From NCBI GenBank assembly GCA_963770835.1, contig CAVYRH010000026.1, forward strand, positions 352,001-416,000: DNA of 64,000 bases, read 5' to 3'. The notes under the pieces were generated by a model. That model was given only the letters and a program-made list of their open reading frames with translations. It had not been told where the DNA came from and searched no databases. Source of the DNA: an uncultured Pseudomonadota bacterium. GTDB taxonomy: Bacteria; Oederibacteriota; Muellerivitia; Muellerivitales; Muellerivitaceae. Below, in pieces: positions 1-9,565 of this stretch; the stretch's first letter is position 1; each line of letters begins with the position of its first letter. The translations under genes were made by a program, and so were the position numbers.

Positions 1-542
1 TGCAACCCGGACAAATGATCCAAGTACAGGGCCGGTTCAACAAGAGCGACTGGAGCAACATGAACCAGTCCAATGACTGGAGCTTCGCGCCCTATACCAG
101 CTTCACGAACGCTCAAGACGTGACGGGTTACCTGAATGGAAGCCTGGTTTGGGGAGAGCAACCGGCGGCCACCAATGCCGCCGCATTGACGGCTTCCAGC
201 GCCCTTGCCTTCCCGAACCCCTCCACGGGCACTGGGACGACCCTGTCCTTTACGCTTGGGGGAAGCTCGAACGGGGTGAGGGCCTCGGATGTGAACAGCC
301 AAGCGATCGTAGACCCGAACGCCAAGATCACGCTGGGCATTTACACCTTAGCCGGAAGGCTCATCTGGAGCCAAACGCTGACGGGTGGCGGCTACGGGAG
401 CACGGGACAACATGACGTTTACTGGAACGAGAAGGACCTGAAGGGCTCGGGCCTGGCCAACGGGGTCTACCTGCTGAAGGTGACCGTGCAATCCAACGGC
501 CAGACCAGCTCCACCATCGCCAAGATCCTCATCCTCGGATAA
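1..542 (+). CDS. 3' part of a secreted protein: CBM3 end plus C-terminal T9SS/FlgD-like domain (5'-truncated by window)
   Basis: Frame is open upstream of the ATG at 15 ([19 protein letters not shown]). Closely paralogous to the C-terminus of 5886..8996. FPNP...IYTLAGRLI...W...LANGVYLL tail. Confidence 0.85.
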   Translation, partial: QPGQMIQVQGRFNKSDWSNMNQSNDWSFAPYTSFTNAQDVTGYLNGSLVWGEQPAATNAAALTASSALAFPNPSTGTGTTLSFTLGGSSNGVRASDVNSQAIVDPNAKITLGIYTLAGRLIWSQTLTGGGYGSTGQHDVYWNEKDLKGSGLANGVYLLKVTVQSNGQTSSTIAKILILG

Positions 543-713
543 GGATCAAAGAAAGGGTAGTCCCTGATTCGACCCGCCGGGGCACATCCAAGTTGATCTA
601 AGACTTGGGCGTCGAGGATTCAAATGGGGCGGATGTTCCTCCGGCGGGGGATCGGGTTTCAACCCGGTTCCCGGCCCACTCCGAATTTCATCCATAGAGA
701 AAATGATTGGATT

Positions 714-986
714 ATGAAAAACTCAAATACCACCCTCCAAGACATTGCCAGGATGGCGGAAGTCTCGAAGACCACGGTCTCGATGGTCATCAACGGCTCC
801 CGCAAAGTCCACCCCAAGACTTCCGCAAAAATCTGGAGCATCATCCAAGCTTTCGGGTACCAACCCAGCGAGCGTGTCCGCAAACTGGCCCAAAAGCGGT
901 GGGAAATTTCGGCCCCGGGGTTCCTTCCAGGCGGTTCATCTTCTCCCGAAAGCCGGCGGCCCAGGGAATCCCAGGTTCGTGAATAA
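714..986 (+). CDS. Stand-alone LacI-type HTH protein (no sugar-binding domain)
   Basis: TLQDIARMAEVSKTTVSMVING...YQPSERVRKL is a LacI HTH plus hinge. ATG at 714 chosen by alignment with the paralog at 9021. Confidence 0.8.
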   Translation: MKNSNTTLQDIARMAEVSKTTVSMVINGSRKVHPKTSAKIWSIIQAFGYQPSERVRKLAQKRWEISAPGFLPGGSSSPESRRPRESQVRE

Positions 987-1050
987 CGCCCTTCGGCGGT
1001 TTAGGGTTTCCATCCGAATTCTTCCCCCCGGCAGCGAATTCCTTTTCACT

Positions 1051-1125
1051 GGTTGAACGAACAATTTTCTTCCACCGCCCATTTTCTTATCGGATGAAAT
1101 ATCTAGTAATCCACATGACGTTTTA
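1051..1125 (+). promoter_or_regulatory. Conserved upstream motif, copy 1 (GGTTGAACG..AATTTTC / ATGRAATA / TGACGTTT)
   Basis: The same three blocks occur with near-identical spacing at 5694 and 9367. Confidence 0.65.
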
Positions 1126-1315
1126 GAGACATCGTCATTTTTCCCCGAAGGGATTTGACCTTCAAGTAGAAGTAATATTCCTAGGAGTGGAGAAAGACCG
1201 GCGGTGGGTTGTTGGCCAAATCCCCCGGGACTTTCCGAAGCCGTTATTTTTTTTGATTCGCTTTTTGAAGAAAGCGCTTTTTCGCCGTTCCGCGAAATTC
1301 CATTGGGTGAACTCA

Positions 1316-3712
1316 ATGCCTAAACAGAAAAGGCAACTTTCCTTACCTGGTTTTAGCACTCGGAAAACCCGGCTGTCTCTTTTCTGCTTTCTTCTTGTTA
1401 GTGTGAGTGCTTCGGCAGGCTGGGCCACCGACATGACCTATTGCGTGAATGTCAATTATTCGGCTGTTCCGACCCAGTGCAACTACGAGAAAATCACGCT
1501 GATCGTCAACGTGGGCGCCTGCGCTTCGGTGGCTGTCACGGCCGACGGGGCCGCGGTTTCCGCCACCTATAGTTCCTCGGCCGGAACAGCCACCTTCACC
1601 ACCACGGGCAGTAACATCGTGGTGACCGCCCAGAATTGGACCTCGGGGGGGACGGGAGCGGCCACCAAGGCCACCCTCTACAACAACTTCCATTGGGCCT
1701 ATTCCCTCACCTTTGACGACAACCGGTTAACCCAATACGACTACGGCAAGCCCCTATTGGATGCATTGGGCTGGAGGGCGGGGGAAGCGGTTGTGGGTTC
1801 CTGGGCCAATGAGGGAGGGGCATCCGGGAGCGGCAGTTATTTCATGAACTGGACTTGCTTGCAAAACTTAAGGGCGGCGGGATGGGATATGTACGACCAT
1901 TCCTACGACCACCCCAATCCCCTCACCTGCAACGGCACGGCCACCGATATCGACCCCGAGTTGGCCAATAACCAGCCGCTTTTGCTGGAATATTTTCCCG
2001 GCTACCACGTCTCCCAAATGGTTTTTCCCTATGAGAATTCCACGGCCAATACTTGCGCGGGATATCCAACTTCCTACCTGATTTCCGCGGAGTGCGGGGG
2101 AGGTTCCTACAACTACGTGGACACGGCCCTTCCTTTCCAGTTCCAGCGGGGGGGGCTTTTCGGAACGGATGATACGGCCTGGAAATCGCTGGCCGATTCC
2201 TCGGCCGCCCAAACTCGGCCCACATGGCTCGTCCAGTATACCCATAGCGTCTCGCAGGGCAGCGGGGCTACCGCCGACCAGTACAGCACCAACCAGACGA
2301 CCCTTAATGATTTGTTGACCTACCTGAATAACACCTACGGCGCCAAGGGCAACAACAGCATGTGGTTCGCGCCCGCCGGGGAAGTGCGGGATTATATTTT
2401 CACCCGGGACAACGCGGTGGTGACCACCTGTTCCGCGGCGCCCACACCCACCTTTTCCCCGACCGGCACACCCACCCTGACACCTACCCATACGCCGGTG
2501 CCGCCCACCGCTACCCCGACATCCACCTCAACGGCCTCATCCTCACCCACCAAGACCGCCACTTCCACGGCCACCCATACGCTGGTCAATACCCCCACCG
2601 CGACTTCATCCTCCACCGCAAGCCGCACAGCCACCACCACTCCCACCGCGACCGGAACGGCCACCATGACATTCACGGCTACGCCGTCAAGTACTTCTAC
2701 AGGCACGGCCTCCAAGACTCCAACGGCCACGATGACCAGCACTCCCACGAATGCGGCTTCTTCCACCCCGTCTGGAACCCCGACCAATACCCTGGTCAAT
2801 ACCGGAACCCCAACCAATACAGCCACCAGCACGGCCACGAAAACAGCGACTTCCACCGCCACCAATAGCCTGACGACAACTCCGTCCAGTACAGCGACGG
2901 GTACATCCACTAATAGCCCGACTTTTACGCCGCCGGATACCGCGACCAGGACTTCAACGGCCACGGCTACCGGTACAGCCACCAACACCGTCTCTTTAAC
3001 GCCAACCGCTACCGCCACCGATACGCCGACGTTGACGCCGACCAACACGGCTACGTCGACGCTGATCAATTCCGCGACCCCTACCAACACGCCCACGAAG
3101 ACATCCACCTTTACCGCTACCGGGACAGCCACCCCAACGTCCACCCGCACCACGACGGCGACTCCCACGAATACATTGACGGCTACGTTATCGAGTACTC
3201 CTACGGCTAGCGCCACCTTTACGCCCACGATGACGGCTACCTTTACGGCGTCCCATACGCCGACTGCGTCCCCTACGAACACGCCGACGTTGACGCCGAC
3301 AAACACGGCTACGTCGACGTTGGTCAATACGAGAACTCCATCCCTTACCCCCACGTTCACACCCAGCTTTACTCACACCCCCACCGTGACAGCCTCTTCC
3401 ACCAAGACTTTCACGGTAACGCCCACTCCTTTCGGAAATTCAGGAGTCGTGATTTATCCCAACCCCGTCACCGGACCGACGGTCAATATTCTCCCTCCCG
3501 CCTATTCGGGAACAGAGGACGTGCGGGTGGAAATCTTCACAGCGTCCTTCCGGAAGGTGCAGGACGAGACCTTTCCCAATGTTCCAAAGGGAACGGCCAT
3601 TACCGTGGAATTGAAGGATAGGTGGGGAAGATCCCTGGCGGACGGGCTCTATTATGTAGTTGTCACCGTCGAGGGCCGTCATTCCATCGGGAAGCTGCTC
3701 CTGTTGCGGTAA
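1316..3712 (+). CDS. Secreted polysaccharide deacetylase (CE4/NodB-like) with Thr/Ser/Pro linker and C-terminal sorting-like domain
   Basis: Signal peptide, LTFDD and HSYDHP motifs, about 330-aa Thr-rich linker, YPNP...IFT...LADGLYYV tail. Start codon uncertain. Confidence 0.8.
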   Translation: MPKQKRQLSLPGFSTRKTRLSLFCFLLVSVSASAGWATDMTYCVNVNYSAVPTQCNYEKITLIVNVGACASVAVTADGAAVSATYSSSAGTATFTTTGSNIVVTAQNWTSGGTGAATKATLYNNFHWAYSLTFDDNRLTQYDYGKPLLDALGWRAGEAVVGSWANEGGASGSGSYFMNWTCLQNLRAAGWDMYDHSYDHPNPLTCNGTATDIDPELANNQPLLLEYFPGYHVSQMVFPYENSTANTCAGYPTSYLISAECGGGSYNYVDTALPFQFQRGGLFGTDDTAWKSLADSSAAQTRPTWLVQYTHSVSQGSGATADQYSTNQTTLNDLLTYLNNTYGAKGNNSMWFAPAGEVRDYIFTRDNAVVTTCSAAPTPTFSPTGTPTLTPTHTPVPPTATPTSTSTASSSPTKTATSTATHTLVNTPTATSSSTASRTATTTPTATGTATMTFTATPSSTSTGTASKTPTATMTSTPTNAASSTPSGTPTNTLVNTGTPTNTATSTATKTATSTATNSLTTTPSSTATGTSTNSPTFTPPDTATRTSTATATGTATNTVSLTPTATATDTPTLTPTNTATSTLINSATPTNTPTKTSTFTATGTATPTSTRTTTATPTNTLTATLSSTPTASATFTPTMTATFTASHTPTASPTNTPTLTPTNTATSTLVNTRTPSLTPTFTPSFTHTPTVTASSTKTFTVTPTPFGNSGVVIYPNPVTGPTVNILPPAYSGTEDVRVEIFTASFRKVQDETFPNVPKGTAITVELKDRWGRSLADGLYYVVVTVEGRHSIGKLLLLR

Positions 3713-3768
3713 CCTCGCGGCCCGTCATCGTTTTGAACGGACCGACTCCTTTCCTGTAAGATGGATCC

Positions 3769-5583
3769 ATGCCACCAGCGATCCCCCGGCCCTTTTCTCA
3801 ATTCATCAACTACAACCCTTTTCACAACATCATCCATTACTACGTCGACCTGAGCGTTTTCCTCATCACTTCCGGGACCGATATCGTCTCCCCGAAAGTC
3901 TGGTGGGCCCTGAACCGGCGCAAACGCATCACGAGTCTTTATTCCCTGGAGGTGCAATACGGTGGGGCGCGTGTCCGGGACCGTTTCGTCGGGCAGACCT
4001 TCCGAAAAGTCCAACAAACCAAAAAAACCGTTTGTGCCGAACGGCTCGGCTTCAACGATTTTTTCGTACCGGTGCTTTCGAAAGGAAAGCTCCTGGGCTA
4101 TCTGCAGGCGGGAGCCTTTGCCGACAAGGAAATTAGCCTTGAAATGCTGGTCCAGTGCTGGAAGGAGATGAGCGGCCGGGAGTTTTCCCCCGACTTGCCG
4201 GAGTTCCGGGCTTTCGCCCGGGCCTTCCTGGAAATACCCGTTTTGGACGGCCCCCTTTTCCCCGCGTTGCAGGAAACTCTGGAACTTTTCGCGCGCCTTG
4301 TATCAGGCGAAGGGGATACGGGGGCCATCGGGGAACGGCTCCGTCAACTCCAAAACGAGGTTTTTTCCAAGCACTTGCCCCACAGCTATTGGCTGGACTG
4401 GGCGCTGGGTCGGCCCACCTCCGAGTCGGTTCCGGCCTGGAGCCGGGCAATGGAACAATGGGGTTGGACGAAAAGCGAAATCGGGCTCACGCGGGTCCCC
4501 ACGACCGTCCTAACCGTGATTCCCCAGCGGGCCGGCCGGCCCGCCCTCAATTGGGCCGAGGAAACCATGAGGGTCTACCGGTTCCAGCGCGCGAGTTTCC
4601 TTTTCGCCCGAACCCTCCCCGAAACGGTGGGAGGGAAGCTGGACGATTACGGCGCGGCATTCGTCACTTCCGCCGATCCGAACCTACCCAAGCTGTCCCA
4701 ACGGAAGTGGATCGAGGGAATCGCCAAAAAAATCCGGGACTTCGCCGTGCACGAATTGGAAGGCCCCGTCGTCGTCGGGGTCGGGGAGACGGTAGCGCCG
4801 GGGGAGTTCTTGAACACTTCCTACCGCCAGGCGGTGCTGGCCCTGCATTTGTGGAGGGGATCGGAAAAGGACACCGTTTTTTTTGAGGGCGGAAGAAAAG
4901 GGGTGGCTCCCGAGGGGTTCAGCGGATTGAGGCCCCTTTTGGACGAATTGAACGAGGCTTTCGCCAACGCTTCCTTTTCCGCGCTGGAGTCCCTTAAGGA
5001 AAGGTTTTTAAAGCAGGCCATCCAACTGTCGTTCCAGAACCCGCACGAGATCCGCTGGCATTTCCAGTACGCCCTGGACCGGATCGCAGAAACGGTGGGG
5101 ATCCGAACGGACTTGGGCCTGAAGGAAGCCCGCCAGCTGCGGGAGGATATCGCCCGGGGTTTGGAGGAGGCGGTCACCTTCCAAGAGATTGTCCTGGCCT
5201 ACCAGGACGCCCTATCCCGACTGGCGAAGGAGATCGAGAGGCCCTTTTCGGCCCAAAGGGACCAATCCCTTGAGAGGGTCCGGGAGTACATCGACCGGCA
5301 TTTTAAACAGTCCCTACGGATTAAGGACCTGGCGAGGATGGCGGGGGTTTCGGTCTCCACCTTCAGCCGGAGGTTCAAAGGCATGATGGGCCTGGGCTTG
5401 GAGGCTTACCTGCAGAAGCGGAGGCTGGACGAAGCCAAGCGGCTTCTCAAGGCCACGCGGCTTCCGGTGTTCCGCATCGCGAAGGATTGCGGCTTCAAGT
5501 CCAACCCCTATTTCATCCAATTGTTCCGGAAAAAGAACGGCTCTCCGCCCCAGGCTTTCCGGAGGAATACCTACCAAGGCTGA
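3769..5583 (+). CDS. AraC-family transcriptional regulator with PocR-like N-terminal sensor domain
   Basis: C-terminal double HTH (LARMAGVSVSTFSRRFK...IAKDCGFKSNPYFIQLFRK). GFNDFFVPVL...LGYLQAG resembles PocR. Central VGVG...SYRQA resembles CdaR/GGDEF-like domains. Confidence 0.85.
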   Translation: MPPAIPRPFSQFINYNPFHNIIHYYVDLSVFLITSGTDIVSPKVWWALNRRKRITSLYSLEVQYGGARVRDRFVGQTFRKVQQTKKTVCAERLGFNDFFVPVLSKGKLLGYLQAGAFADKEISLEMLVQCWKEMSGREFSPDLPEFRAFARAFLEIPVLDGPLFPALQETLELFARLVSGEGDTGAIGERLRQLQNEVFSKHLPHSYWLDWALGRPTSESVPAWSRAMEQWGWTKSEIGLTRVPTTVLTVIPQRAGRPALNWAEETMRVYRFQRASFLFARTLPETVGGKLDDYGAAFVTSADPNLPKLSQRKWIEGIAKKIRDFAVHELEGPVVVGVGETVAPGEFLNTSYRQAVLALHLWRGSEKDTVFFEGGRKGVAPEGFSGLRPLLDELNEAFANASFSALESLKERFLKQAIQLSFQNPHEIRWHFQYALDRIAETVGIRTDLGLKEARQLREDIARGLEEAVTFQEIVLAYQDALSRLAKEIERPFSAQRDQSLERVREYIDRHFKQSLRIKDLARMAGVSVSTFSRRFKGMMGLGLEAYLQKRRLDEAKRLLKATRLPVFRIAKDCGFKSNPYFIQLFRKKNGSPPQAFRRNTYQG

Positions 5584-5693
5584 TCTTCCAACGGTTTCTT
5601 CCATGCGGCTCCAAGGATGGGTTTTGAGGCGCGGAAATTTTTATTATCCGAATTCTTTTTCCTGCGGCTAATCAAGGCGAAAAACCCCAGTCC

Positions 5694-5769
5694 GGTTGAA
5701 CGGGAAATTTTCCCAAGACGGGATTGTTTTTTAAAAATGGAATAAAAAATAATATTTGTGACGTTTAAA
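5694..5769 (+). promoter_or_regulatory. Conserved upstream motif, copy 2
   Basis: GGTTGAACGGGAAATTTTC...ATGGAATA...TGACGTTTAAA. Confidence 0.65.
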
Positions 5770-5885
5770 CGATGCCATCGAACATCCCCAAGAGAGCGGA
5801 GGGCCTAAAAGGTTGTACTATCACCTTGCGATAAGTACGGGTTTTTTGACGGGACTTCTTGACGGAAGACCCTAAGGGGATTGAC

Positions 5886-8800
5886 ATGGACAAAAAAATC
5901 GTTTTTAAGCTTTTTGCTTTGGGGCTACTTGTAAGCGCTTCCAATGCCTGGGCGCAAAGTACCGTCACCGTCAATCCCGCCACTACCTACCAAACCATCT
6001 CCGGTTTCGGCGCATCCAGCCAATGGGACAACTCATTCTCCTCCTCGCTCGCCAACACTTTTTGGGCGGACGATTCGAGCAAGCCCCCCGCCAGCCAGGT
6101 CAACGGCAATGTGGGGCTCTCTATTCTCCGTCTCGGAATTGACGACTCCGGCAACGCCAACTGGGGCACGCAAGCCGCGTTCGCGACCCAAGCGCTGGGG
6201 ATCAATTCGCAGGTCAAGGTCTTCGGCTCCGAATGGAGCCCGCCCGCCAAGTGGAAAAACAACAACAGCGTGGACGGCAACAACACCGGCAACGACAACG
6301 GCAATCCGGGCTCCAGCACCAACCAGCTCAACACCGCGGACTACGCCAATTATGCCGCCTACCAAACGAGCTTCGTCACGGCTTGCAAGAATACCTATGG
6401 CTTCAACCTTACCGCCCTTTCCGTGCAAAACGAACCCGACTACGACCCCAGCTACGATGCCTGCCTTTGGTCCCCCTCGGCTTTCGACACCTACATAAAA
6501 AGTTACTTGGGACCGGACCTCAAGGCGGCGGGTTTCGGCATGTCGATCATCATGATGCCGGAATCCTTCGCGGACAACTTGAGCCTGTCCGCTACCACCA
6601 TGGGAGACTCGGCCGCGGCTTCCTTTGTGGGTTTCATCGGCATGCACCTGTACGGCGGCGGCCCCAACACGGTGCCCACCAGCTACTCCACCACGGCGGG
6701 CCACGCCGTCGAGAGCTGGGAAACCGAAATCTCGGAAAAGACCAGCGACAACAACATCGACAGCGGGATCTACTACGCCAACCTGCTGCACAACTGTATC
6801 GTGGACCATAACTTCAATGCCTTTTGCTACTGGTGGCTGGTCAACGTCAACTCCGACGACGAGGGGCTCTGCACGAGTGCCGGTACGCCCACTCCGCGCC
6901 TCTACTGCATCGGGAATTTCAGCAAGTTCATCCGGCCGGGCTTCGTGCGCATTGGCTGCACCGAGGCGCCCTCCTCGGGGGTTTCGGTCTCGGCTTATTA
7001 CGGCTCGTCCACGAATAAGGTCGTGGTCGTGGCCATCAACAGCAACACCTCCTCGGTGAGCATTCCTGTCAGCTTTACCGGTCTCAGCGTCTCGACGGTC
7101 AATCCATGGCTCACAAACTCCAGCAACAACCTGGTGCAGCAGACGGCGGTGAACGTCAGTAACGGGAGCTTTACCTATAGCCTGCCAGGCCAGAGCGTGG
7201 TGAGCTTTGTCGCCACGACGGCCGGCACCTCGGCCACCAACACCCCAACGCCGGTGCCGGCCACACCCACGCATACAAATACGCCCGTGCCGCCGACGGC
7301 CACTTTCACTTTCACGGCTACCCACACCAATACACCGGTCCCGCCGACGGCCACCTTTACTTTCACGGCCACCCACACGAATACTCTTGTTCCGCCGACA
7401 GCGACGGCTACTTCGACACCGTCTTCAACAAACACCTCCACCCGTACCAACACGTCGACGAGTACGGCCACAAACACAGCTTCGTTGACGCCGGTGCCCC
7501 CGACGGCCACCTTCACTTTTACATCCACCAAGACGAGCACTCCCGTGCCGCCCACGGCTACATTTACCTTTACGGCGGTTCCACCCACTCCCACCAATAC
7601 GGCCCTGCCGCCGACCTTGACGTTTACCCCGGTTCCGCCCACGGCGACTTCTACTTTCACCGCCGTGCCGCCGACGGCCACTAACACTTCCTTGCCGCCG
7701 ACACTTACCTCTACCCCGGTTCCGCCCACAGCCACCTTTACGGCCATGCCGCCTACGGCGACGAATACACCGGTGCCACCGACAGCCACGAACACCCCGG
7801 CGCCTCCTACAGGCACTAATACCGTTGTGCCGCCGACGGCCACTAGCACTTCGTTGCCGCCGACCCTCACCTTTACTCCGGTGCCTCCCACGGCTACTTT
7901 TACCTTTACGGCGGTTCCACCCACAGCTACCCATACGCCGGTGCCACCTACAGCCACCCTTACAGCCGTTCCGCCAACGGCCACCAATACGCTTATGCCG
8001 CCCACTTCCACGCCAACCCCGATGCCCCCTACCGCGACCTTCACCCGCACTCCGATTCCGCCCACGGCCACCTTCACCTTCACGGCCGTGCCGCCCACTG
8101 CTACCTTAACCCCGGTTCCCCCAACGGCCACTGAAACGCCCACCGCCGTCATCGCCAGTTCCGGCTTCGAGGTGCAATTGTTGAGCGCAGTGACCAGCGC
8201 CACCACTAACAGCCCCCATCCCCAGATCCAGATAGTGAACACGGGGACCGGACCCTTGAACCTGAACAACGTCACCGTGAAATACTGGTTCAACTGCGAC
8301 TGCACCACCCAAAGCTTGCAGGCCTGGGTGGACTGGGCGGGGTTGATACCGCAGGGGACCAGCGAGACCGGAAATGTACATGTTTCCGTCCTACCCACCA
8401 GCCTGGGCGGCCAAACGGATTACGTGCTCTACAACTTCACGGGCAACATCGTGCTGCAGCCTGGCCAGAAGATCCAGGTCCAGAGCCGGTTCAACAAGAG
8501 CGACTGGAGCAATATGAACCAGTCGAACGATTGGAGCTTTGAGCCCTATACGAGCTTCACGAACGCGCTACAAGTGACGGGATATCTGGGCGGTAGCCTT
8601 GTATGGGGAGAGGAGCCGGTGGCAAAACCGGCGGTCCTGACGGTGACCAGCGCGATCGCCTTCCCGAACCCCTCCACGGGCAACGGAACGACCTTTTCCT
8701 TTACGCTCAACGGCAATACCAAGGGCATTAAAGCGTCATTGGACTCCAATAATCCCTTGTTGCTGGATCCCAACGCGAAAATCACACTCAGTATTTACAC

Positions 8801-8996
8801 ACTGGCGATGCGGCTTATCTGGACGCAAACACTGACGGGCGGAGCTTATGGGACAACCGGGCAGCATGATCTTTATTGGAACGAGCGCGATTTGAGGGGA
8901 ACGGGTTTAGCCAATGGAGTCTATCTCTTGCGGGTGACCGTGGAGTCAAACGGCCAGACCAGTTCTACCCTCGCTAAAATCCTGATACTGGGATGA
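5886..8996 (+). CDS. Secreted GH30 (xylanase-like) + PPTAT-repeat linker + CBM3 + C-terminal sorting-like domain
   Basis: [17 protein letters not shown] (acid/base), WETE (nucleophile), [11 protein letters not shown]3: PQIQIVNTG...[10 protein letters not shown]...[18 protein letters not shown]. Confidence 0.9.
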   Translation: MDKKIVFKLFALGLLVSASNAWAQSTVTVNPATTYQTISGFGASSQWDNSFSSSLANTFWADDSSKPPASQVNGNVGLSILRLGIDDSGNANWGTQAAFATQALGINSQVKVFGSEWSPPAKWKNNNSVDGNNTGNDNGNPGSSTNQLNTADYANYAAYQTSFVTACKNTYGFNLTALSVQNEPDYDPSYDACLWSPSAFDTYIKSYLGPDLKAAGFGMSIIMMPESFADNLSLSATTMGDSAAASFVGFIGMHLYGGGPNTVPTSYSTTAGHAVESWETEISEKTSDNNIDSGIYYANLLHNCIVDHNFNAFCYWWLVNVNSDDEGLCTSAGTPTPRLYCIGNFSKFIRPGFVRIGCTEAPSSGVSVSAYYGSSTNKVVVVAINSNTSSVSIPVSFTGLSVSTVNPWLTNSSNNLVQQTAVNVSNGSFTYSLPGQSVVSFVATTAGTSATNTPTPVPATPTHTNTPVPPTATFTFTATHTNTPVPPTATFTFTATHTNTLVPPTATATSTPSSTNTSTRTNTSTSTATNTASLTPVPPTATFTFTSTKTSTPVPPTATFTFTAVPPTPTNTALPPTLTFTPVPPTATSTFTAVPPTATNTSLPPTLTSTPVPPTATFTAMPPTATNTPVPPTATNTPAPPTGTNTVVPPTATSTSLPPTLTFTPVPPTATFTFTAVPPTATHTPVPPTATLTAVPPTATNTLMPPTSTPTPMPPTATFTRTPIPPTATFTFTAVPPTATLTPVPPTATETPTAVIASSGFEVQLLSAVTSATTNSPHPQIQIVNTGTGPLNLNNVTVKYWFNCDCTTQSLQAWVDWAGLIPQGTSETGNVHVSVLPTSLGGQTDYVLYNFTGNIVLQPGQKIQVQSRFNKSDWSNMNQSNDWSFEPYTSFTNALQVTGYLGGSLVWGEEPVAKPAVLTVTSAIAFPNPSTGNGTTFSFTLNGNTKGIKASLDSNNPLLLDPNAKITLSIYTLAMRLIWTQTLTGGAYGTTGQHDLYWNERDLRGTGLANGVYLLRVTVESNGQTSSTLAKILILG
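5930..5943. promoter_or_regulatory. Intragenic LacI/cre-like operator TGTAAGCGCTTCCA
   Basis: Palindromic AAGCGCTT core. 5928-5942 is identical to the reverse complement of 57553-57567 upstream of lacI. Confidence 0.55.
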
Positions 8997-9020
8997 TGGC
9001 TGCGCGGAGAGGAACCAACG

Positions 9021-9275
9021 TTGAATAACAATTCCAGTACAACTATTCGGGACATCGCCCGGCAGGCGGGTGTTTCCAAGGCGACGGTTTCCCTCGTTAT
9101 GAACGGTTCCCCTAAAGTCAGCGCCAAGACTTGTGCGAAAGTTAGGGCCATTATTCAAAGCCTTCACTACCAACCTAATGAGGAAGCCCGTAAACTGGCA
9201 CAACGCCGGTGGACTACTTCGCTTCCTGCGGCCATGAAGTTCATTCCTGCCCAGCCAATTCTTCCAATCGTTTAG
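9021..9275 (+). CDS. Stand-alone LacI-type HTH protein, second copy
   Basis: TIRDIARQAGVSKATVSLVMNG...YQPNEEARKLAQRRW. GGAGAGG RBS before the TTG start. Confidence 0.85.
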   Translation: MNNNSSTTIRDIARQAGVSKATVSLVMNGSPKVSAKTCAKVRAIIQSLHYQPNEEARKLAQRRWTTSLPAAMKFIPAQPILPIV

Positions 9276-9366
9276 AAGGCCATCGATAAGTCCCGCGAAG
9301 CGGTTTTATCCCGAAATTTTGGGATGAAATGAATTTTTTTGCGTCAAAATCTAAAAGGTGTCTATT

Positions 9367-9441
9367 GGTTGAACGGGAAATTTTCAGTAGAAAAGGGTTT
9401 TTGGCGGGATGGAATATAAAGGAATAAAATTGACGTTTAAA
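9367..9441 (+). promoter_or_regulatory. Conserved upstream motif, copy 3
   Basis: GGTTGAACGGGAAATTTTC...ATGGAATA...TGACGTTTAAA. Confidence 0.65.
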
Positions 9442-9565
9442 AGATATTTGACCGGATTTTTCAGGGACCGAATGGGGATGGAAGCGGTACACTTGACCCG
9501 TAAGACGAGAAAATCCCATTATCCAGGCTAAGTGGACGGCTTGACGGCTGACGCGAGGAAATGAC

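Noticed and set aside
1..8996. Similarity of 1-542 to about 8455-8996 as a DGR template/variable repeat pair
   Set aside because: Both copies are coding, differences look largely synonymous and not adenine-specific, and there is no reverse transcriptase in the window.
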